Assembly: GCA_014360755.1 (NCBI GenBank)
Contig: JACIWX010000001.1
Location: 640,441 to 672,440, forward strand
DNA length: 32,000 nucleotides
Origin: Chloroflexota bacterium
GTDB lineage: Bacteria; Chloroflexota; Anaerolineae; UBA2200
Reading direction: 5' to 3'
Below, piece by piece: positions 8,103 to 14,416 of this stretch. The notes under the pieces were generated by a model, which worked only from the letters and a program-made list of their open reading frames with translations, searched no databases and was not told where the DNA came from. Made by a program: the position numbers and the translations under genes. The first letter of the stretch is position 1. Each line of letters starts with the position of its first letter.

Positions 8103-10295
8103 TCAGTTAGGACGCTCCAGCACCCAGCTATATTCGTAACCAGCTACCAGTAGCTCCTTGCCCGCAAAAGCAATTGGCCCTGGTATGTTGGCACTGGCAT
8201 AGACCGTATAGACCCCAGGCTCCAACTCCTTCGACCAAACCGTACCTGGCGCCAGAATAGTTGACTCGTCACCAAAAGAAAGCGTCATCGGACCCTGTAG
8301 GTTGTTCGTAATGTGCGCAATAGACTTGTCTTCAGCAGTTGCCGACCTTAACTGAGGCCGTGGCAGCGCCAGCTCCGTACCAGGTTTGGGTAATGGTGTG
8401 GGCTGAAGCTGCACTTCGACCTGGTGCAAGGAAAGTTGGTAAATCTTGCGATCGCCCTGGAAGAGCAACCACAAGTAGCCCTGCTCGTCAAAAGTCAAAG
8501 TTGGGTAGTATGGGAAGGTTCCGACACTCAGCTTGCCTGAACGCAGCAAGCTGCCGTCAAAACCAAATCGGTACCAGTCACCAAAGATGCCTATCACCCA
8601 CAGTCCGTCAGGAGCCCAGGCCAGAGCTTCGAGTCCACCCCAGATGGGAGCATGGAAAGTCTGGAGTAGTTCGCCATCTGCGCTAAACTTTAACAGAAAC
8701 TCGTCTCTATACTCCCACATCGTGCCGTCAGCCCCGCTCCATGTTTGATCTCCCTTCCAAGGAAGGCGCTGAGTAAATGAGTCCAGCACTGTACCCATAG
8801 CGTTCAAATGCACAATCAATGGATTATGTGGAGGGTCGCTCAATACCAGGCGCAATGCTGCACCATCCCAGGCCATACTCAAGACGCTAGTGGTGAAGGT
8901 GATTGGAAAAGAAGCCAGTGGCATGCCGAAGCGGTCCAATTGGTATAACACACGCTGCTTTCCGTCAATCACCCACAAGGTATCTCCAGCCACCGCCAAC
9001 GCGACAGGAGAAGGGCCAGGGGAGAAGAACTCGCCAACAAGGGCATCGGGAACAAAAATGAGCTGGCCAGTACCTGTCACAGCAGGTGAAGCACTGGGGG
9101 CAAGCAGCGTTTGTCGTGGTGTAGCGGTATTAATGGGAAGCGGCGAGCGAGATGGGGTAATTGTCCTTGAAATAGGTTCAGGTGGATGGGTTAGCGTGGC
9201 TTTTCCAGCGGGCACCATAGCAATACCGGTCAAAGTCGGGCCGAAAGGTGTGCTGCTAAGCGAGAGCGTCGTAGGAGATGGGGTCAGCGGTAGCCCGGGA
9301 AAAATCGCGGAGGATAGTATTCGCACCATCAGCAGCACCAGGGCGACCAGAGCCACTGCTGCCAGGCCTCCCCATAACCATTTCGGTAAAGGGGAGCGTC
9401 GTCCCACCCCACGTAGTTTAATGGCCTTGGCCAGCAAACTGGCAGCATCTTTATAAGCTTCGTCCTGATCAACGACCAATTCTCTCAATAACCTTATGGC
9501 TCGCTCGTAATCCTTCCTGACCAGGGCTGCTTTTCCCTCGGCATATGTGCGCGCCATCCGTTGCAACTTCTCAACCTGTTGCAGCTCCGCTTGGGCCGCT
9601 TCTCGATCTTCCGGCCCTAGTGCCAGGTACTCGCGCAAGGCCGACAGAGCCTCGTTCCACTCCTCCGCCTGGGTCAGGCTCCCGGCGCGGTCCCGCAACG
9701 CCTTCAGGCGGCTCTCCCGCTGTCGCTGCTGGATCTCCAGTAGTTCCCTTTGGATTGCGGCGTCACCGGGCACCAGGGCAAGGTATTCATTTAGCGCTGC
9801 CGTGGCCCTATCCCAGTCCCCTGCCTCTGTTGCCTGATTGGCCCGTCTCAGGATGGCTTCCAGCCGTTGCTCCTGCTCTCGGGCCGGGGCTTCGGCGACC
9901 AGCAAGGCCTGCACCCTGTCACCAAGCTTCTGCAGATGCTTCTCCAGCGGCGGCGTTAGCGCGTCCAGCCAATGGATCGCCTTGATGTAATACCCCATCT
10001 CCTTGGATGGTGGTACATCTTCGATGCGGAACGGAATGATGGGAATGCCCTTGTCCACTGCTTCTCCCACTTCGCGCAGCACTTGTGATGACTCGTTTGC
10101 GCCGTCGGAGAAAACCAGGACAAAGACACGGCTTTGGCCAATGGCATCAATCAAAACCCCCACCCAACTCTCACCAGGCAGCACATCCCGTGGGGCGATC
10201 CAGCAGCGCATCTTGCGGCTTTCCAGAGTAGCACACACCGCGTCCGCGACCACTTTATCCCGAGCCGAGTAGCTGATGAACACGTCATGAGCCAT
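8103..10295 (-). CDS. TIR domain protein: N-terminal TIR, three TPR-like helical repeats, one TM helix, P/S/T linker, C-terminal beta-propeller-like region and terminal beta-rich domain
   Basis: ATG at 10295 with AGGAGG 8 nt upstream (the ORF opens at GTG 10304). TIR blocks are DVFISYSARDK, CWIAPRDV, VFVLVFSDGANESSQVLREVGEA and IPIIPF. The hydrophobic helix is WLWGGLAAVALVALVLLMVRIL (about 9315-9380). The C-terminal half repeats motifs such as GDTLWVIDG...LYQLD, MAWDGAAL, WAPDGLWVIG and QGYLWLLFQG...IYQL. Confidence 0.8.
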   Translation of the reverse strand: MAHDVFISYSARDKVVADAVCATLESRKMRCWIAPRDVLPGESWVGVLIDAIGQSRVFVLVFSDGANESSQVLREVGEAVDKGIPIIPFRIEDVPPSKEMGYYIKAIHWLDALTPPLEKHLQKLGDRVQALLVAEAPAREQEQRLEAILRRANQATEAGDWDRATAALNEYLALVPGDAAIQRELLEIQQRQRESRLKALRDRAGSLTQAEEWNEALSALREYLALGPEDREAAQAELQQVEKLQRMARTYAEGKAALVRKDYERAIRLLRELVVDQDEAYKDAASLLAKAIKLRGVGRRSPLPKWLWGGLAAVALVALVLLMVRILSSAIFPGLPLTPSPTTLSLSSTPFGPTLTGIAMVPAGKATLTHPPEPISRTITPSRSPLPINTATPRQTLLAPSASPAVTGTGQLIFVPDALVGEFFSPGPSPVALAVAGDTLWVIDGKQRVLYQLDRFGMPLASFPITFTTSVLSMAWDGAALRLVLSDPPHNPLIVHLNAMGTVLDSFTQRLPWKGDQTWSGADGTMWEYRDEFLLKFSADGELLQTFHAPIWGGLEALAWAPDGLWVIGIFGDWYRFGFDGSLLRSGKLSVGTFPYYPTLTFDEQGYLWLLFQGDRKIYQLSLHQVEVQLQPTPLPKPGTELALPRPQLRSATAEDKSIAHITNNLQGPMTLSFGDESTILAPGTVWSKELEPGVYTVYASANIPGPIAFAGKELLVAGYEYSWVLERPN

Positions 10296-10337
10296 GTCCT
10301 TCACCTCCTATGTTTGCCACATACTTTGAGGCCAACT

Positions 10338-10393
10338 CTAGTGATGTTATCATTTGATAGAACCATACCACCCTAGTGACATTATCATTTGAT
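10338..10393. repeat. Two 21-bp direct repeats (19/21 identical), 35 bp apart, in the intergenic region upstream of the 8103-10295 TIR gene; possible operator
   Basis: The copies are CTAGTGATGTTATCATTTGAT (10338-10358) and CTAGTGACATTATCATTTGAT (10373-10393). Each contains the short inverted repeat ATCA-TT-TGAT. They lie 43-98 nt upstream of the start codon at 10295. Confidence 0.6.
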
Positions 10394-10415
10394 TTGGAGC
10401 GGCTCGACTGGGTGG

Positions 10416-13091
10416 TCACCATTTAGCCACCTCTCCCTGCAGCTTGACAATGGCATAGCCCGCCCTGGCCACAATTTCCGGGATGGCGCGTACCAATGCG
10501 CGATCTTTCTCTTTCTCGTCTTCGGGAAGAGGTTCGTCACCAATTGCTACCGCCACAGCGGGCTCGAGCGCTGCTCGTTCTGCGGCAGATAATCGTCGCC
10601 AAGGCAGTATCGCTGGGTTGATTTTCTCCGCATCATTGCGCTGGGGACCATAGCGCCAACCGGCAGCAATCTTGGCACGCAACCAGCGCTCGTGCTCCAT
10701 TTCCGCCAATTTCTCCAGATCTGCTTCGGAAAAGGCAAATGTTGCCATGCTGCCGCGCACTGGAATCATGACACAACCAATGAAAGCTAACTTGCGCATA
10801 ATGTCCAACACATTGTCGCGGTTCTGCTGCTTGAGATGCTGAGGCAACTGCTCATACGGCATGGATGCTGCTTCAGGTGCGCCTGGCTTGCCCTCTTGGC
10901 TCGCACTATAGACCTCGTGCACGGCCGCCGCCAGCCTTTCCAGCAATTCACCGCTCAATTCAGGTTGTTGCACGAGTGCCAGAAATTCCAACCCGTTCAC
11001 GTGCAGGTTTAACTGTGCCTCAGAGGGCAGGCAGGAGCGCTCAAAGCGGCTTTTGCCCGCCAACATGCTCATGGCAATGATAGATTCCATAGAGCGTACC
11101 CCGTGTTTGTAGCTGCTGATGTGCAAAAAAGCGCGCAGAACACCAGGGTCTATGTTCAGTTTTCCCTTGCCATTCGGTTCTGTGAATAGATAATGGGCAT
11201 TCAGTGCGAACAGGCTGCGCAGCAGAATCGCCCGTCGGATCAGGAAGTAGGGATCGCCAGCAGGATACTTGACGTCCAATGGATTGGGCCCCATGATGTT
11301 TACATACCCTTTCAAGCGGCTCAAAAAATCTGGCCCCTTGGCATCCTTCGCACGCATCGCCACTTGGGCAAACTCCTCCATGCTGGTAGACGTGCCCCCT
11401 GCGAAGACAAAGATGGCTTGGCCAATGGGATGAGTAACCTGCCCCTCCTGAAAAGAGCCATCCTGCATGGGCGAGAGGAAATAACGCAGCCAGCCAAGCG
11501 CCTGTCCATCCAGTTGGCTGTCAAACTCGTCCCAGAATACCAGTGGCATCTTGCCCGACAAGCCCAAATCCCTTACCTGATGCAGGGCGCCAATCAACTC
11601 ATCTGGTGTGCGGAACTGGGATAGGTTAAAGGTGCGCACCTCAATGGCCTGTGGGTCATCGGGCCGGATAGACCTAGCTACCTGTTCCACGCCAAACGAT
11701 TTGCCCGAGCCCGGTGGCCCAAAGACAGCGATGGATATAGGGCGTTTTTGTGGCCGGCTGCAATACTCAGCAAGAACCGCGCGGATGCTGCGATAGCTCT
11801 CAATCTCACGCCGATCCAGGGTCAAGAGTTTGCCAAATTGCCCTAGTGGCACCCCCTGCAAAGCAGCTTCAACACCCTCTTCAACTACTTTGCGTGCCAC
11901 TTCGTCCAGGTTCTCTGGATAGCGCTCCTGTAAAATAGTCCAGAATGGTGTCACTAACCCAGTGCCACTCCCACGCTTTTCCACCAGGAACGAGATAGGA
12001 TTCGGTACCCTGACAGATGCCAGGAGTGGCTCTTCCTCTCCATCCATCAGCCTGGCCGCCACTGCATCTATCGGGAACGCCAGCCGGCAGGCATCTCGAG
12101 CGGAGCCTGGTCCGAGGTAGCCGCCCTGGTGTAAGAGGCGCATTGCAGCGACCCCGTTCTGGATGCCTTGTGTTAGGTCAGGTTGGGCCGGGTTACGCAG
12201 GATCTGCCAGGCAATAGCCGCTGTGAGGCAGGTAGTATAACCAACAACCCGTCCTGGGTATTGGAGATTCCAACCACCCTCAGTGAACCTGGGGTCAAAG
12301 AACAACGTGCATTCGAGTTCGCCTTGCTGACACGAGAGCAGCAACGCTCCTGCCGTATCGAAGGAAATAACAACATGCGCACAATCCGATAGGTCGCTTA
12401 CATGCGGGTTGTTCGTCAGTTCCCAGAACAGGTCCTGGGCTGTGCGTTCCCAAGACAATTCACGGCTAATCTGCACCTGCGTCAGGCGCAGGTCATCAAT
12501 CGTCATCACCATGATCAAACGCTGGGCACAGGTCTTGTGCAAGTGTTCCCACAGTGGCCCGCGAGCCACGGGGCGAGCCATTTTGACCAGAACCCACCCT
12601 TGACAGTTGCCTTGCGCCACGGCACGCGGCCACAGCTCAGGCCAATGGCGAAAGCCCAGATCCGCATCGTCCAGCACAACTAACATGGGATCCGACGGGT
12701 CATTGCGCACTTTCTGCCATGAAGCAGGTTCTGCCATTGGGCTGGGGTCTAATCCCAGATGGTCTTTTACACGCCAAGCCATCTCTTGGCTTTTCCCGCC
12801 CTTGAACTGATCCCATAGCGCATAGGAATGATGGAAGCGCTCGTCGCCAGGATGCATAGGTTCCCGAGGAGCATCCATTTGGCGTACAATATAGCCCGAT
12901 TGTTTTGCAACCACATGAATGAGATCAGCGAGCATCGCTGCCCCACCGCGATGCCAGCAAGCCTTGGTACGGTCGCCAGCCCACCATGCACGCAAGGGTG
13001 TATCGTTCCTAGCACTGCGAAAGCGTGCCAAATTCCAATCCATGGTCACGTCACCTGTGACGACGACCTCTTTACCTATTGTATTGTTCAT
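10416..13091 (-). CDS. Multidomain ATPase: N-terminal ribokinase/PfkB-like domain, central classical AAA+ ATPase, C-terminal tandem RyR-type repeats
   Basis: ATG at 13091 preceded by AGGAGGA (the ORF opens at 13163). The N-terminal PfkB-like pattern is VVVTGDVTMDWNL, GGAAMLADLI, LVVLDDADLG and VVISFDTAGALLL, but no GAGD anion-hole motif is present (VGYTTCLTAAIA). Walker A is VFGPPGSGKS (about 11700-11723) and Walker B is LVFWDEFD. The RyR repeat is EHERWLRAKIAAGWRYGP...ILPW...EDEKEKDRALVRAIPEIVARAGYAIVKL. Confidence 0.75.
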   Translation of the reverse strand: MNNTIGKEVVVTGDVTMDWNLARFRSARNDTPLRAWWAGDRTKACWHRGGAAMLADLIHVVAKQSGYIVRQMDAPREPMHPGDERFHHSYALWDQFKGGKSQEMAWRVKDHLGLDPSPMAEPASWQKVRNDPSDPMLVVLDDADLGFRHWPELWPRAVAQGNCQGWVLVKMARPVARGPLWEHLHKTCAQRLIMVMTIDDLRLTQVQISRELSWERTAQDLFWELTNNPHVSDLSDCAHVVISFDTAGALLLSCQQGELECTLFFDPRFTEGGWNLQYPGRVVGYTTCLTAAIAWQILRNPAQPDLTQGIQNGVAAMRLLHQGGYLGPGSARDACRLAFPIDAVAARLMDGEEEPLLASVRVPNPISFLVEKRGSGTGLVTPFWTILQERYPENLDEVARKVVEEGVEAALQGVPLGQFGKLLTLDRREIESYRSIRAVLAEYCSRPQKRPISIAVFGPPGSGKSFGVEQVARSIRPDDPQAIEVRTFNLSQFRTPDELIGALHQVRDLGLSGKMPLVFWDEFDSQLDGQALGWLRYFLSPMQDGSFQEGQVTHPIGQAIFVFAGGTSTSMEEFAQVAMRAKDAKGPDFLSRLKGYVNIMGPNPLDVKYPAGDPYFLIRRAILLRSLFALNAHYLFTEPNGKGKLNIDPGVLRAFLHISSYKHGVRSMESIIAMSMLAGKSRFERSCLPSEAQLNLHVNGLEFLALVQQPELSGELLERLAAAVHEVYSASQEGKPGAPEAASMPYEQLPQHLKQQNRDNVLDIMRKLAFIGCVMIPVRGSMATFAFSEADLEKLAEMEHERWLRAKIAAGWRYGPQRNDAEKINPAILPWRRLSAAERAALEPAVAVAIGDEPLPEDEKEKDRALVRAIPEIVARAGYAIVKLQGEVAKW

Positions 13092-13176
13092 TATTCCTCC
13101 TAATGATCTTGCGAAGCTCCTGCAAGCCATCGAGTGAGCAAGGGGTATGGTTCCCCGACACAAGCTATCCCCTTGA

Positions 13177-14373
13177 TCACTCGTATATCCCCGCCTCGAG
13201 CACGCTTACCCCTTCCATATCCAACAAAGTGTCCCGTCGGCTGATCTCTCCCCGGACGAGAACCCACAAAGTGTGCCGTTTGTCCGCAATGTCCACACCG
13301 ACAGGCAAGGCAGCCTTAATCTGCTGGATAAGAGGAGAACGAGTGGCTGCCAGGCACGCTGCACCAGTGCCCAGGCTATGTGGCCCAGCGAGAACCATCA
13401 CAAGGCGGCCGGGATAATCGGGATGTGGCCCACGGACAATAATCCCGTGATCCATAACGTGGATAAGAGCCCCTTCCGTGCCTAGATACTCAGTCCTGCC
13501 TTCCACCAAGTCCACCTGACCATTCTTCGTGCGGTAGAGAGCAGTCAGGTAGTCTCCTTCCTCCTTTTCGCCGGGAAATGCCCCCAGAGTCCAATTGGGT
13601 TCGCGACCCTTTTGCAAACGTTGCAACATTTCTCGGACGGGTGGATTGCTCTTTGGAGAGCCAATCAGGTAGAGGTTTAACGGTCGGCTCAGCAGGTCTG
13701 GTGGGCTATATTGTCCTGAGACCAATTCCACGCCTCTGCCCTCGCCCATGATACATCCAAAAGCGGAGATGAGGCCAAGCACTCCCAGATTGTCGCCAAA
13801 CGTCCGTTGGTCATAGGCTTGAGCGCGAATGCGGCTGTCCTTGCCAGGGTATCTGGGGCTGGCGACGATGTAGGCTGGTGTGGGTATGTCCGCTTCCAGC
13901 ATGTCCCGCAGCAAAGCAATCTGCGCATTCACACGCGAACGAAGGTGATCTGCCAGGCGTTTGTCAAAGACCTCCATTGCTTCCCGGCTGCCACTATAGG
14001 AAATTACTTCCCTTCCCTTCAGATCGGTAGGCACGTCAACGCCTTCCTCGACGAGCAGCAACAACGGTTTCTGTACACCTACTGCATAGCCCACCTCGTA
14101 GAATACATTGGCGCTCGGGGTGCTGATTTCAGCAATCACCAGTTCTGCCCTCTCGATCAGCAAATGGATCTTGGCCAGTAAATCGTGGCCAGCACCATGC
14201 ACATCGTCAGCACGAATAGCCGCAAGCCCCACCGCCTGACGCACCACTTCGCGGATGTGCACGAAAAAGTCCCATCGGGATTTATATGGCATCACCACGA
14301 AGACATAGGGCTTGCCCTGGGTAAGCTCTTCAACGATATGCCCAAGGGCATACGATGAACTCTCTTTCCTCAT
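13177..14373 (-). CDS. Nucleoside 2-deoxyribosyltransferase/TIR-like N-terminal domain fused to an uncharacterised ~235-aa C-terminal domain
   Basis: ATG at 14373 with AAGGAGGG 8 nt upstream. The N-terminal pattern is YVFVVMPYKSRWDFF...IRADDV...LIERAELVIAEISTPSANVFYEVGYAVGVQKPLLLLV. It resembles the NDT-type D/E-x-G-T-x-x-E-x-G-Y-A block with a conserved Glu. I recognised nothing in the C-terminal domain. Confidence 0.6.
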   Translation of the reverse strand: MRKESSSYALGHIVEELTQGKPYVFVVMPYKSRWDFFVHIREVVRQAVGLAAIRADDVHGAGHDLLAKIHLLIERAELVIAEISTPSANVFYEVGYAVGVQKPLLLLVEEGVDVPTDLKGREVISYSGSREAMEVFDKRLADHLRSRVNAQIALLRDMLEADIPTPAYIVASPRYPGKDSRIRAQAYDQRTFGDNLGVLGLISAFGCIMGEGRGVELVSGQYSPPDLLSRPLNLYLIGSPKSNPPVREMLQRLQKGREPNWTLGAFPGEKEEGDYLTALYRTKNGQVDLVEGRTEYLGTEGALIHVMDHGIIVRGPHPDYPGRLVMVLAGPHSLGTGAACLAATRSPLIQQIKAALPVGVDIADKRHTLWVLVRGEISRRDTLLDMEGVSVLEAGIYE

Positions 14374-14416
14374 GACCACTTCCCTCCTTATAGGGAGTGC
14401 CTCTAATATAGTTCCA

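Noticed and set aside
9545-9985. Plus-strand ORFs of 146 aa and 96 aa, rich in Pro, Arg, Ala and Ser
   Set aside because: They lie antisense to the GC-rich helical-repeat region of the 8103-10295 TIR gene. They have low-complexity composition and no start context. They are typical shadow ORFs.
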